Source: Candidatus Gemmiger stercoripullorum
GTDB lineage: Bacteria; Bacillota; Clostridia; Oscillospirales; Ruminococcaceae
Length of the DNA stretch: 64,000 nucleotides
NCBI GenBank assembly: GCA_019119365.1
Contig: DWXD01000035.1
Coordinates: forward strand, 9,271-73,270
Direction: 5' to 3'
Shown here: one piece after another, positions 10,020-19,519 of the stretch
Layout of the letters: each line of letters starts with the position of its first letter
Numbering within the stretch: the first letter of the stretch is position 1
Notes under the pieces: model-generated
The model's input: only the letters and a program-made list of their open reading frames with translations
The model's database searches: none
What the model was told of the DNA's origin: nothing
Program-made: the position numbers and the translations under genes

Positions 10020-10739
10020 TCAGCCCAGCAGGCGCTTCATCACTTCCTGATAAGCGTCGGCCTCGCCGCCCATGTCGCGGCGGAACAGGTCCTTGTCCAG
10101 GTGCGCGCCGGTGGTGGCGTCCCAGAAACGGCAGGTGTCGGGGCTGATCTCGTCGGCCAGGATGATGGTGCCGTCGGCCAGGCGGCCAAACTCGAGCTTG
10201 AAGTCGATCAGGCGGATGTTGGCGTCGAGCAGGATCTTCTTGAGCACTTCGTTGACCTTGAAGGCATACTTGGTGATGGTGTCGATCTCTTCCTGGGTGG
10301 CCAGGTCGAGCGCCAGGGCGTAGTAGTGGTTGATGAACGGGTCATGCAGGTCGTCGTTCTTATAGCTGAACTCCAAAATCGGGGTCTTGAACGCGGTGCC
10401 CTCCGGCACGCCCATGCGCAGCGTGAAGTGACCGGCCGCCACATTGCGGATGATGACTTCGAGCGGCACGATCTCGACCTTCTTGACGAGGGTGTCGCGG
10501 TCGTTGAGTTCCTTGACATAGTGGGTGGGGATGCCCTCTTTTTCCAGCTTCTGCATCAGGGCGTTGGACAGCTTGTTGTTGACGATGCCCTTGTCGCGGA
10601 TGGTGCCCTTCTTCTCGCCGTCGCCGGCGGTGGCGTCGTCCTTATAGTGGACCATCACGATCTCGGGGTCGGTGGTCGCGAACACCTGCTTGGCCTTGCC
10701 TTCATACATCTGGTCCAGCACTTTGATCTCGTTTTCCAT
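10020..10739 (-). CDS. purC: SAICAR synthase
   Basis: YEGKAKQV, IPLEV-like IVPLEVIIRN, LIDFKLEFG, ADEISPDTCRFWD; start moved to ATG 10739 (RBS AAGGAGAG). Confidence 0.97.
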   Translation of the reverse strand: MENEIKVLDQMYEGKAKQVFATTDPEIVMVHYKDDATAGDGEKKGTIRDKGIVNNKLSNALMQKLEKEGIPTHYVKELNDRDTLVKKVEIVPLEVIIRNVAAGHFTLRMGVPEGTAFKTPILEFSYKNDDLHDPFINHYYALALDLATQEEIDTITKYAFKVNEVLKKILLDANIRLIDFKLEFGRLADGTIILADEISPDTCRFWDATTGAHLDKDLFRRDMGGEADAYQEVMKRLLG

Positions 10740-10802
10740 GATAAAACTCTCCTTTTGTTTTGTCTGCCCCAGGGGGCTTTGTTTGGCGTTTTCTACTTTG
10801 AT

Positions 10803-10831
10803 ATTGTACCCTGTTTGCGGGGGTGACGCAA
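10803..10831 (-). promoter_or_regulatory. Putative sigma-A promoter for purC, internal to the pur cluster
   Basis: Minus strand TTGCGT-17 nt-TACAAT in the purE-purC spacer. Confidence 0.55.
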
Positions 10832-10855
10832 GTTCTGCGGGCAGGAAAATTTTCG

Positions 10856-11362
10856 TTACAGCGCGGCGGCCTCGGCAGAAATGGCGGCGTCCTTCTTGGC
10901 GATGGCGGCGGCGGTATCGGCGCGGAAAGCGTCGAGCTTGGCCGCCAGGGCCTCGTCGTCCACAGCCAGGATGGACACGGCCAGGTACGCCGCGTTTTTC
11001 GCGCCGTTGAGCGCGACCGTCGCCACCGGGAAGCCGGAAGGCATCTGCACGGTGGCCAGCAGGGCGTCCAGGCCGTCCAGCGCGCCGCCTTTCATCGGGA
11101 TGCCCACGACCGGCAGCGTGGTGTTGGCCGCAAACGCCCCGGCCAGGTGGGCGGCCATGCCGGCCGCGCACAGGATCACGCCGTAGCCATTGGCGCGGGC
11201 GTTTTTAGCAAACGCGGCGGCGGCCTCCGGCGTGCGGTGGGCCGAAAGGATGCGCGCCTCATACGGCACGCCGAACTCCTTCAGCACGCTGCACGCGCCT
11301 TTCACGACCGGCCAGTCGCTGTCCGAACCCATGATGACGGCTACTTTTTTCTGTTCCTGCAT
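10856..11362 (-). CDS. purE: AIR carboxylase / N5-CAIR mutase
   Basis: [39 protein letters not shown]; start MQEQKK at 11362 after RBS AGGAGG. Confidence 0.97.
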   Translation of the reverse strand: MQEQKKVAVIMGSDSDWPVVKGACSVLKEFGVPYEARILSAHRTPEAAAAFAKNARANGYGVILCAAGMAAHLAGAFAANTTLPVVGIPMKGGALDGLDALLATVQMPSGFPVATVALNGAKNAAYLAVSILAVDDEALAAKLDAFRADTAAAIAKKDAAISAEAAAL

Positions 11363-11401
11363 ACTGCAAACCTCCTGTTTGACCGCGGGGAGAAGGCTCC
11401 C

Positions 11402-11437
11402 CAAATAAAACAGCGCAGCGTATACTTACACTGCGCT
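11402..11437 (-). terminator. Intrinsic terminator (attenuator) in the purE leader
   Basis: Minus strand AGCGCAG-12 nt loop-CTGCGCT followed by GTTTTATTT, about 40 nt upstream of the purE start. Confidence 0.65.
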
Positions 11438-11570
11438 TGCTGCGGATAAAGATATACGGCTGCCCAGCCCCCGGCGTACACGGGTGCACTGCGGTTCATG
11501 CTGGTTCCAAAAACGCGGCATCGTGCGCCCTCCCGTCTCAAAATGAAAGAGTTGGACATCCTGTAAATTT

Positions 11571-11599
11571 AGTGTAAAGCCCCGCCGCCAAAAAAGCAA
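11571..11599 (-). promoter_or_regulatory. Putative sigma-A promoter of purE
   Basis: Minus strand TTGCTT-17 nt-TACACT; implies a leader of about 200 nt. Confidence 0.55.
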
Positions 11600-11706
11600 G
11601 CGGGCAAACCGCTTTTCGGATATGTTGCCAGCCGTGTGGGTTTTGCCGCGTGTTTTTTGTCGAATTTGATGGACCGCGAATTTGAAAGTATGACTATTTT
11701 CTTTCC

Positions 11707-11735
11707 TTGCCGCCTGTTCAAAACCGTGCTATACT
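11707..11735 (+). promoter_or_regulatory. Putative sigma-A promoter of the acetyltransferase gene (divergent from purE)
   Basis: TTGCCG-17 nt-TATACT. Confidence 0.5.
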
Positions 11736-11770
11736 GACAATAAATTAGGAAAATCCGCAAAGGGGGCTTT

Positions 11771-12313
11771 GTGATGACGATTTTGTCCAAATTTTCCCAT
11801 GTGCTGGTGCTGGGCCGCGGCGGCTTCGGGGCTGAGCTCGGCGAAATGCTTGAAGACTGCGGCTGGGGCAAGCCGGTCTTTCTGGACGATAACGCCGCCG
11901 ATTGTGCCGGGGCGCTGCGCGATTATGTCGACCCGGCGCTGCGCCGCCAGTGCCCGGCCGCGTTTGTGGCCCTGGGCAATAACGCGCTGCGCCTGCAGCT
12001 GATCCAGAAACTGACGGCGACCGGTTACAAGCTGCCGGTGTTCATCCATCCCGCGGCCGAAGTCAGCCGCTCGGCTGCCCTGGGCGCGGGCAGCATGGTG
12101 CTGCCGTTTGCCTTCATCGGCGCCAATGTGCGCGCCGGGGCAGGCTGCCTGCTCAACGCCGGGGCCATCGTCGACCATGACGCCGTGCTCGGAGCCGCCG
12201 TACATGTGGCCCCCGGCGGGATCGTCAAAGCCGGGGCAAGGGTGGAGCAGGCCGCCAAAGTTGAATCCGGCCAGATCGTCCAAAGCCCGTGGCGGGAAAG
12301 AAAGGCTTTGTGA
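11771..12313 (+). CDS. NeuD/PglD-family sugar O/N-acetyltransferase (hexapeptide repeat)
   Basis: N-terminal LGRGGFG Rossmann-like motif, ALGNNALR, IHPAAEVS, GAIVDHD.V....HVAPG left-handed beta-helix repeats. Confidence 0.85.
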   Translation: MMTILSKFSHVLVLGRGGFGAELGEMLEDCGWGKPVFLDDNAADCAGALRDYVDPALRRQCPAAFVALGNNALRLQLIQKLTATGYKLPVFIHPAAEVSRSAALGAGSMVLPFAFIGANVRAGAGCLLNAGAIVDHDAVLGAAVHVAPGGIVKAGARVEQAAKVESGQIVQSPWRERKAL

Positions 12314-12481
12314 GAGGTTGCACCTATTCCCTAATGAATCATTAACGTTATGCTGCCTGCAAATCCACCTTGACATTTGTTGTTTCATTACTTTGGGTGC
12401 GCAAAAATAGCAAGTCCTTTTGTGAGAATGCCTCTGTAAAGGGGAAGAAAGCGACTTGCATAGAAGAAAAGAGGGATTTAC

Positions 12482-13522
12482 ATGGATAAAAATTTGATTG
12501 AACCCAAACCGATTGTTGATGAAAAAGAACTTAAACAGTTAAGCGCTATGACGCGGAAGTACGAGAAATTGATTGAGCCGGGGCTTGCAGCGAAAATTAC
12601 TTCAAATATCGGAAATGCACTCCCGGAACCCATTAAGCAGCTCGGTGGAGCTTTGGGCAGAACCATTACTGAGCAGGAACTTTATGAGCAGATTATGAGA
12701 GCTGCGACGCAAGGGTTTCAAGAGCTTCAAATGCGTGCGGCACGACTGTCAATTAGCGAAGAGGAGATATTAAAAAGAGCAAATCAACTTATACCTTTAG
12801 GAATGACAGATATCAAAGAACTTTGTTTTGCGCGTTGTTATGACCTGTCGAAGTTGGTTACTGCCTACAAAACGAGGGATATTGTAACTGCTTTTGCAGA
12901 GGGTGGAACCACTGGCGCCGCTGGCTTTTGGGGACTTCCATTCAACATTGTGTTGAGTACATTTCTATATTTTCGCGCAGTACAATCCATTGCAATGTTT
13001 TATGGCTACGATGTTAAAAATGACGAAGCCGAGTTGGTGATAGCCAACGAGGTTTTTACTAATGCATTAAACCCTGTATCGGATTTTGAGGGCGGCCAAG
13101 CAACAAACATCATTAGCAAATTTATGGTTATGGGTCAAGCTGCCGTGATCAAGCAAGCGGCAAAAAAAGGATGGAGCTCTATGATTTCCCGCGGTGGAAT
13201 ACCTTTGCTGCTAGCCCAAATGCGCGCATTAGCACACAAGTCAGCCAAAAAAGCGTTAGAAAAAGCAGGGCAGAAGGGACTTGAAAACTGTTTGTTCCGT
13301 GAATCGCTTGAGCAGGTGGGCCGAAAATTAACACTCAAAACAATTGGCAAAGCTGTACCTGTTGCATCGGCTCTTATTAGTGCAACACTTGATACTGCAC
13401 AGATGAATCAGGTCCTCAACTATGCCGATACGTTCTATCAGAAGCGTTTTATTTCCGAAAAGGAGTTCCGAATCAAACAAATCTTAAATGGAGAGCCATA
13501 TGTGGAAGGGCAACTTATATAG
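12482..13522 (+). CDS. EcsC-family protein on an AT-rich insert
   Basis: AFAEGGTTGAAGFWGLP, FRAVQSIAMFYGYD, IGKAVPVASALISA resemble EcsC-family motifs; AT-rich codons unlike the flanks; RBS GAGGG. Confidence 0.7.
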   Translation: MDKNLIEPKPIVDEKELKQLSAMTRKYEKLIEPGLAAKITSNIGNALPEPIKQLGGALGRTITEQELYEQIMRAATQGFQELQMRAARLSISEEEILKRANQLIPLGMTDIKELCFARCYDLSKLVTAYKTRDIVTAFAEGGTTGAAGFWGLPFNIVLSTFLYFRAVQSIAMFYGYDVKNDEAELVIANEVFTNALNPVSDFEGGQATNIISKFMVMGQAAVIKQAAKKGWSSMISRGGIPLLLAQMRALAHKSAKKALEKAGQKGLENCLFRESLEQVGRKLTLKTIGKAVPVASALISATLDTAQMNQVLNYADTFYQKRFISEKEFRIKQILNGEPYVEGQLI

Positions 13523-13610
13523 TTGCAAAAATGCATTATGCCTACTCTTTGGTCTGTACGAGATGATCTTCCCGCGCTTGTTCGTGGAGGCTGTTAGCAC
13601 TTCTGTTACA

Positions 13611-13645
13611 TCCCGCACCGCGCCCTTTGCGGTGCGGGAATTTTT
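13611..13645 (+). terminator. Intrinsic terminator after the EcsC-family gene
   Basis: TCCCGCACCGC-7 nt-GCGGTGCGGGA then ATTTTT. Confidence 0.75.
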
Positions 13646-13681
13646 ATGCCATGCCTGCGGGCAGCGCTTTGAGCGCGCCGC

Positions 13682-13728
13682 TACCTTGTGATACAATATA
13701 GCCAAAGGAACCTTGCATAACAAAGTAG
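13682..13728 (+). promoter_or_regulatory. Extended -10 promoter with two candidate PadR-type operators
   Basis: TGaTACAAT at 13689-13697; TACCTTG-N5-CAATATA (13682-13700) and AACCTTG-N5-CAAAGTAG (13709-13728). Confidence 0.45.
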
Positions 13729-13775
13729 TTGAAACGGCTCGGCCCGCAAGGCCGGGAAAGGAGGGAAATACCGCA

Positions 13776-14111
13776 ATGTTTGACCGCAGCCAGCTGCGCA
13801 AAGGCACGCTGGAAGGCTGCATTTTGCAGATCATCGCCCGCGCGCCCAGCTACGGCTACGCCATTGCGGCCACATTGCGGGAAAGCGGCTTTGCCGACAT
13901 CACCGAAGGCACGCTCTACCCGCTGCTGCTGCGGCTGGAGCGCAAAGGTCTGGTCGCGGCGTCCTACCGCGCTTCGCCGGCCGGGCCCAGCCGCAAGTAT
14001 TACACCCTGACCCCGGCCGGGCAGCAGACGCTGGCCGATTTTACCGCTGCCTGGCGCGAGACCGCCGCCGCTGTGCAGAACGTTCTGAACAGCGGCCATA
14101 AGGAGGAATGA
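13776..14111 (+). CDS. PadR-family transcriptional regulator
   Basis: SQLRKGTLEGCIL, YGY, EGTLYPLLLRLE, GPSRKYY.LT; ATG 13776 after RBS GGAGG. Confidence 0.93.
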   Translation: MFDRSQLRKGTLEGCILQIIARAPSYGYAIAATLRESGFADITEGTLYPLLLRLERKGLVAASYRASPAGPSRKYYTLTPAGQQTLADFTAAWRETAAAVQNVLNSGHKEE

Positions 14112-14114
14112 GCG

Positions 14115-14813
14115 ATGCGCCCGAGCGAATACGCACAACTGAAAAGGGAAAATGACCGCCGCGAAGGCGCGCTGCCGCTGGCCGACCGGGAAGAGATCGG
14201 CCGCGCGATGGCTTCGATCCGGCGCGCGAGCTGGAACCTCTACGAATTGGAGCGCCTGCGCAAAGACCTGATCGATATGGCGCTGCGCGCAGCGCTGGAA
14301 CACAAAACGCTGGCCGAAAGCCTGGGCCCCGGCCGCCAGGAAATTTATGACGACATGGCCCGTGAGATCGACCCCGGCAGCTTTGCCGACTGGCTCTGCG
14401 GTCTGGCGCGGCCGTATACGCTGTGGTATGCCGTACTTCTGCTTGTCAATATGGTGCTGGGGACCGGCCGGGCAGCGGCTGTGTTTTTGGTTCTGATGCT
14501 GCCGCTTTTCTTTGTCCTTTATCTGTCAAATTGCCTGCAGCGCCGTATCTGGGTCAGCCGGTGGGCGCGTGCCCGTCGAAGTCTCGTCATCGAGGTCATG
14601 CTGTTTGCGGTGGCGGTCGTTGTGTTCACGGCGGGCATCTGGCTTTTATCCCGGCGCCTGCCGCGTGTAGCGGGCTATGCGGCGGCCGTTGCGCTGGTGC
14701 TGGTCTGGGCGGTCAGCAGCCTGCTGTGCCGCGCCCGCTATAACCGCGCCGCCGCCCGCCGTCCCTGGCGCAGCGCCGAAGACGCGGCAGGGGAGGACCA
14801 CGGCGAGCCATAA
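14115..14813 (+). CDS. Membrane protein, PadR partner (DUF1129/DUF1048-like)
   Basis: Soluble helical N-terminus (ERLRKDLIDMALRA) plus about 4 hydrophobic segments; 3 nt after the padR stop; RBS AGGAGG. Confidence 0.65.
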   Translation: MRPSEYAQLKRENDRREGALPLADREEIGRAMASIRRASWNLYELERLRKDLIDMALRAALEHKTLAESLGPGRQEIYDDMAREIDPGSFADWLCGLARPYTLWYAVLLLVNMVLGTGRAAAVFLVLMLPLFFVLYLSNCLQRRIWVSRWARARRSLVIEVMLFAVAVVVFTAGIWLLSRRLPRVAGYAAAVALVLVWAVSSLLCRARYNRAAARRPWRSAEDAAGEDHGEP

Positions 14814-14822
14814 AGCATAAAG

Positions 14823-14860
14823 CGCCCCGCCCGGGTCTTGCACAGGACCCGGGCGGGGCG
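14823..14860. terminator. GC-rich hairpin between convergent genes (probable bidirectional terminator)
   Basis: CGCCCCGCCCGGGTC...GACCCGGGCGGGGCG inverted repeat. Confidence 0.7.
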
Positions 14861-14939
14861 TTCGCACATATTTGTTGTTTTCCTTCCGTTTCGGCTCCCG
14901 GCCCGGCCGCTTCGCACAAAGCGCCGGGCCGTTTTTGGC

Positions 14940-16010
14940 TTACAGCCGCGCCAGAATCGCGTCCCCCATGGCCGCACAGCCGACGGGGGTGCACCCTTCC
15001 TGCATGATATCCGCCGTGCGCAGCCCGGCGTCCAGCACGCCGGAGACCGCCGCCTCAATGGCGTCCGCCTCGGCGGGCATGTCAAAGCTGTAGCGCAGCA
15101 TCATGGCCGCCGACAGGATGCAGGCAATCGGGTTGACCTTGTCCTGCCCGGCAATGTCCGGCGCGGAGCCGTGGATCGGCTCATACAGCCCGCGCGGCCC
15201 GGCCCCGAGGCTCGAGGACGGCACCATGCCGATGGAGCCCGTGATCTCGCTGGCTTCGTCCGAAAGGATATCGCCGAACATGTTCTCGGTCACGATGACG
15301 TCGAACTGGCTCGGGTCCTTGCAGATCTGCATGGCGGCGTTGTCCACAAACATCTCGCCGAACTCAACTTCCGGGTACTCCTGCGCCAGCTTTTCCAGCA
15401 CGCGCCGCCACAGGCGGCTGGTGTCCAGCACGTTCGCCTTGTCCACACAGGTCAGCTTTTTGCGGCGCTTCATCGCGGTCTCAAAGCCGATGCGCCCGAT
15501 GCGCTCGATCTCATGCTCCGAATAGGGCATCACATCCACGGCTTTGAGCTCGCCGTCCTGGTGGAAGGTCTTGTGCTCGCCGAAATAGACGCCGCCGATC
15601 AGCTCGCGCACCACGATAAAGTCGATGCCGCGGTCCACGATCTCTTTTTTCAGCGGGCTGGCGTCGGCCAGCTGCGGCCAGATCTTCGCCGGGCGGCTGT
15701 TGGCGTACAGCCCCATCCCGGCGCGCAGGCGCAAAAGGCCCTTTTCGGGGCGTTTGTCGCCGGGCACGCCCTCCCACTTGGGGCCGCCGACCGCGCCTAG
15801 CAGCACGCTGTCGGCCGCCAGGCACTTGTCCAGCTCCGCCTGCGGCAGCGGGTCGCCGAACCGGTCGATGGCCTCGCCGCCCATATAGGCGCGGGTGTAG
15901 GTGAAGGTATGGCCGTATTTGGCGGCAATGGCGTCCAGCACGCGCACGGCCTGGGTCACGATCTCGGGGCTCGCACAATCCCCGTAGATCAGCGCAATGT
16001 TTTTCTCCAT
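14940..16010 (-). CDS. leuB: 3-isopropylmalate dehydrogenase
   Basis: LLGAVGGPKW, PEKGLLRLR, VRELIGGVYFG, NMFGDILSDEAS, YEPIHGSAPDIAG. Confidence 0.97.
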   Translation of the reverse strand: MEKNIALIYGDCASPEIVTQAVRVLDAIAAKYGHTFTYTRAYMGGEAIDRFGDPLPQAELDKCLAADSVLLGAVGGPKWEGVPGDKRPEKGLLRLRAGMGLYANSRPAKIWPQLADASPLKKEIVDRGIDFIVVRELIGGVYFGEHKTFHQDGELKAVDVMPYSEHEIERIGRIGFETAMKRRKKLTCVDKANVLDTSRLWRRVLEKLAQEYPEVEFGEMFVDNAAMQICKDPSQFDVIVTENMFGDILSDEASEITGSIGMVPSSSLGAGPRGLYEPIHGSAPDIAGQDKVNPIACILSAAMMLRYSFDMPAEADAIEAAVSGVLDAGLRTADIMQEGCTPVGCAAMGDAILARL

Positions 16011-16027
16011 GGTCTTTCCTTCCTGGC

Positions 16028-16513
16028 TTATTCCTGCCGCAGGCTGTTCATCAGCCCGCCTGCGGTGATGATCTTCTGGATGAACGGCGGGAACGGCGCG
16101 GCCTCAAAAGTCTGGCCGGTCGTCTCGTCGGCGATAAGGCCGGTGTCAAAGTCGACCTTCACCACGTCGCCTTCGCGGATGGCTTCGCTTGCCGCCGGGC
16201 ATTCCAGGATCGGCAGGCCGATGTTGATGGCGTTGCGGTAAAAGATGCGCGCAAAGCTTTTGGCGATCACGCAGCTCACGCCCGCCGTTTTGATGGCCAG
16301 CGGCGCATGCTCGCGGGAAGACCCGCAGCCGAAGTTCTCGCCCCCCACCATGATGTCGCCCGGCTGCACGCGGGTGATAAAGGTCTTGTCGATGTCCTCC
16401 ATGCAGTGCGCGGCCAGCTCCTTCGCGTTCTGGGTGTTCAGGTAGCGCGCCGGGATGATGACGTCGGTGTCGATGTTGTCGCCGTATTTGAAAACAGTGC
16501 CTTGTGCGTTCAT
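16028..16513 (-). CDS. leuD: 3-isopropylmalate dehydratase small subunit
   Basis: [43 protein letters not shown] 16513 with RBS GGAGG. Confidence 0.96.
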   Translation of the reverse strand: MNAQGTVFKYGDNIDTDVIIPARYLNTQNAKELAAHCMEDIDKTFITRVQPGDIMVGGENFGCGSSREHAPLAIKTAGVSCVIAKSFARIFYRNAINIGLPILECPAASEAIREGDVVKVDFDTGLIADETTGQTFEAAPFPPFIQKIITAGGLMNSLRQE

Positions 16514-16515
16514 GT

Positions 16516-17775
16516 TCAAACCTCCCTCGGGTCGGTGATGTACCCGGTCAGCGCGCTGGCCGCGGCGGTGGCGGGGCTGGCGAGATACACTTCGGAATCC
16601 ACATGGCCCATCCGGCCGACAAAGTTGCGGTTGGTCGTGGATACGCAGCGCTCGCCTTCGGCCAGGATGCCCATATACCCGCCCAGGCAGGGCCCGCAGG
16701 TCGGGGTCGAGACGATGCAGCCCGCGTCAATGAAGGCGGTCGTGTAGCCGCGCAGGATGCACTCTTTATACACGGCCATCGTGGCCGGGATAATGATACC
16801 GCGCACGCCCTTGGCAATGTGTTTGCCCTTGAGGATGTTGTAGGCGGCTTCCATATCTTCCAGGCGGCCGTTGGTGCACGAACCGATCACAACCTGATCG
16901 ATCTTGATGTCCTTGCCCTCTTTGGCCGGGTGGGTGTTCTCCGGCAGGTGCGGGTAGGAGACGGTCGGCTCCAGCTTGTCCAGGTCAATGACCACCGTGC
17001 GCTCGTATTCGGCGTCGGCATCGGCCTCATACTTGACCCAGGGGCGCTGGCTGCGGCCTTTCAGGTACGCTTCGCAGGTCTCGTCCACCGGGAAGATGCC
17101 GTTCTTGGCCCCGGCCTCGATCGCCATATTGCAGATGCACAGCCGGTCGTCCATCGAAAGGCTCTTAACGCCCTCGCCGACAAACTCAAGGCTCTTGTAC
17201 AGCGCGCCCGAAACGCCGATCTGCCCGATCAGGTGCAGGATCACGTCCTTGCCCGCGACGGGGGCTTTCAGCGCGCCCTTCAGTTCGACCTTGATGGCGG
17301 CGGGCACCTTGAACCAGGCCATGCCGGTCGCCATGCCTGCGGCCATATCGGTGGAGCCCACGCCGGTCGAGAACGCGCCCACCGCGCCGTAGGTGCAGGT
17401 GTGGCTGTCCGCGCCGATGATGCAGTCACCCGCGGTCACGATGCCCTTCTCGGGCAGCAGCGCGTGCTCCACACCCATCGTGCCGACATCGTAAAAGTTG
17501 AGGATGTCATATTTGTTGGCAAACTCCCGGCACTGCTTGCTCTGCTGGGCGCTCTTGATGTCCTTGTTGGGCACAAAGTGGTCAAGCACGATGTTGACCC
17601 GCGTTTTGTCGAACACCGAATTGAACCCGGCCTTCTCGAATTCATTGATGGCGACCGGCGTTGTGATGTCGTTGCCGAGCACGATGTCGAGACTGGCGTT
17701 GATAAGCTGCCCGGCTTTGACCGAAGCCTCCCCGCAGTGGGCGGCCAGGATCTTCTGCGTCATGGTCATTCCCAT
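16516..17775 (-). CDS. leuC: 3-isopropylmalate dehydratase large subunit
   Basis: [36 protein letters not shown]. Confidence 0.96.
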   Translation of the reverse strand: MGMTMTQKILAAHCGEASVKAGQLINASLDIVLGNDITTPVAINEFEKAGFNSVFDKTRVNIVLDHFVPNKDIKSAQQSKQCREFANKYDILNFYDVGTMGVEHALLPEKGIVTAGDCIIGADSHTCTYGAVGAFSTGVGSTDMAAGMATGMAWFKVPAAIKVELKGALKAPVAGKDVILHLIGQIGVSGALYKSLEFVGEGVKSLSMDDRLCICNMAIEAGAKNGIFPVDETCEAYLKGRSQRPWVKYEADADAEYERTVVIDLDKLEPTVSYPHLPENTHPAKEGKDIKIDQVVIGSCTNGRLEDMEAAYNILKGKHIAKGVRGIIIPATMAVYKECILRGYTTAFIDAGCIVSTPTCGPCLGGYMGILAEGERCVSTTNRNFVGRMGHVDSEVYLASPATAAASALTGYITDPREV

Positions 17776-17789
17776 GGTCGTTCCCTCCG

Positions 17790-19457
17790 TTACTTGTTGT
17801 TGATGGCGCTCACCAGGGCGCGGATACCGGCCACGATGATGTCGGTGTGGGTGCCGCAGCCCCAGGTTTCCTCGCCGCTGGCCCACTTGAGCCCCACATA
17901 GCTGCAGGCGCGGCTGTTGGTGTCGGAATCCAGCGCGTGTTCGCTGTAATGCACGAGCGTGAAGTGCAGCCCGGTCTGCTGTTCGATGGCGGTCGCCACC
18001 GCGTCCAGGCGGCCGTTGCCGGTGGCCGTGCAGACTTTCTCGCCGCCGGCGGTGCGCAGCGTGACTTCGGCCGTGATCGTGCTGTCGGGGTTCTGCTTGA
18101 AGTGCGCCTCGGTCACATTGAGCGGGTCGGCATGGTTGAGATACGCGCGCTCGAACACATACAGAACTTCCTTGACGCTGAGCTCCTTGTGCTCGTGGTC
18201 GCTGACATCCTTGACCCGGTAGCCCAGATCCTCGCGCATGCGCGGCGGCGGGTTGTAGCCGTAGTTCTGCTGCAGCAAAAAGCCGATGCCGCCCTTGCCG
18301 CTCTGGCTGTTGATGCGGATGACGTCGGCGTCATAGGTGCGGCCGATGTCGTGCGGGTCGATGGGGATATACGGGCAGGTCCATTCGTGCAGGTTGTGCT
18401 CTTTGCGGTAGTTCATGCCCTTGGCAATGGCGTCCTGGTGGCTGCCGGAGAACGCCGCAAACACCAGGCTGCCCGCATACGGCGTGCGCTCGTACACATG
18501 CATGCGGGTCACGCGCTCGTAGGTTTCGCAGATGCCGGGCATGTCGGAAAAGTCGAGCTTCGGGTCGACGCCGTGGCTGTACATGTTCATCGCCAGCGTT
18601 ACGGCGTCCACGTTGCCGGTGCGCTCGCCGTTGCCGAACAGGCAGCATTCAATGCGCTGGGCCCCGGCCAGAACGGCCAGCTCGGCGTCCGCAACGCCGC
18701 AGCCGCGGTCGTTGTGCGGGTGGCTCGAAAGAATGACGCTGTCGCGGTATTTGAGATGCTTGGAGCACCACTCGATCTGGTTGGCGTACACATGCGGCAT
18801 GCTCATCTCCACCGTGACCGGCAGGTTGATGATCATCGGGCGGTCCGGCGTCGGCTGCATCACGTCCAGCACGGCGTTGCACACTTCCACGGCGTACGCC
18901 GGCTCGGTGCCGGTAAAGCTCTCGGGGCTGTACTCAAACAGGAAGTTGCCCTCGTATTCCTCGCTCAGCTGTTTGACCAGTTTGGCGCCGTCCACGGCGA
19001 TCTGCTTGATCTCCTCCTTGGATTTTTTGAACACCTGCTCGCGCTGGGCCACGCTGGTCGAGTTGTAAAAGTGGATGATGGCCCGCGGCGCGCCCTTGAC
19101 CGCCTCGAACGTGCGGCGGATGATGTGGTCGCGGCACTGGGTCAGCACCTGCACGGTCACATCCTCCGGGATGCGGTTCTCGTCGATCAGCTTGCGCAAA
19201 AACGTGTACTCGGTCTCGCTCGCGGCCGGGAAACCGACCTCGATCTCCTTAAAGCCGATCTTGAGCAGCATGTCATAAAATTCGAGCTTTTCGTCCAGGT
19301 CCATCGGCACGATCAGGCTCTGGTTGCCGTCGCGCAGGTCCACGCTGCACCAGATCGGCGCTTTTTCAATGTGGTCTTTCTGCGGCCATTCATACACATG
19401 GCCGGGCTCGACCGGCGGGGGATAGTAGCCTACATGATACTTGCTTGCGTCCATCAT
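17790..19457 (-). CDS. leuA: 2-isopropylmalate synthase (yeast/actinobacterial-like clade)
   Basis: [59 protein letters not shown]. Confidence 0.96.
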   Translation of the reverse strand: MMDASKYHVGYYPPPVEPGHVYEWPQKDHIEKAPIWCSVDLRDGNQSLIVPMDLDEKLEFYDMLLKIGFKEIEVGFPAASETEYTFLRKLIDENRIPEDVTVQVLTQCRDHIIRRTFEAVKGAPRAIIHFYNSTSVAQREQVFKKSKEEIKQIAVDGAKLVKQLSEEYEGNFLFEYSPESFTGTEPAYAVEVCNAVLDVMQPTPDRPMIINLPVTVEMSMPHVYANQIEWCSKHLKYRDSVILSSHPHNDRGCGVADAELAVLAGAQRIECCLFGNGERTGNVDAVTLAMNMYSHGVDPKLDFSDMPGICETYERVTRMHVYERTPYAGSLVFAAFSGSHQDAIAKGMNYRKEHNLHEWTCPYIPIDPHDIGRTYDADVIRINSQSGKGGIGFLLQQNYGYNPPPRMREDLGYRVKDVSDHEHKELSVKEVLYVFERAYLNHADPLNVTEAHFKQNPDSTITAEVTLRTAGGEKVCTATGNGRLDAVATAIEQQTGLHFTLVHYSEHALDSDTNSRACSYVGLKWASGEETWGCGTHTDIIVAGIRALVSAINNK

Positions 19458-19519
19458 TGTGTGTGCCCTCCTTACATTCTGGCCGCGCGTGGGCGGCGTT
19501 GCGCCTTTTTGGGAAAAAG

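Noticed and set aside
11500-11512. UGGAACC heptamer in the purE leader resembling a T-box bulge
   Set aside because: The flanking GGG...GCG antiterminator helices and Stem I are absent, and there is too little upstream leader.
11341-11559. 72-aa ORF spanning the purE leader as a possible leader peptide
   Set aside because: No RBS, no informative codon run, and it runs through the terminator; an RNA-level mechanism is simpler. Not fully excluded.
11600-11650. GGGCAAACC resembling a c-di-GMP-I riboswitch start
   Set aside because: The downstream GAAA/GGGACGCAAA elements are missing.
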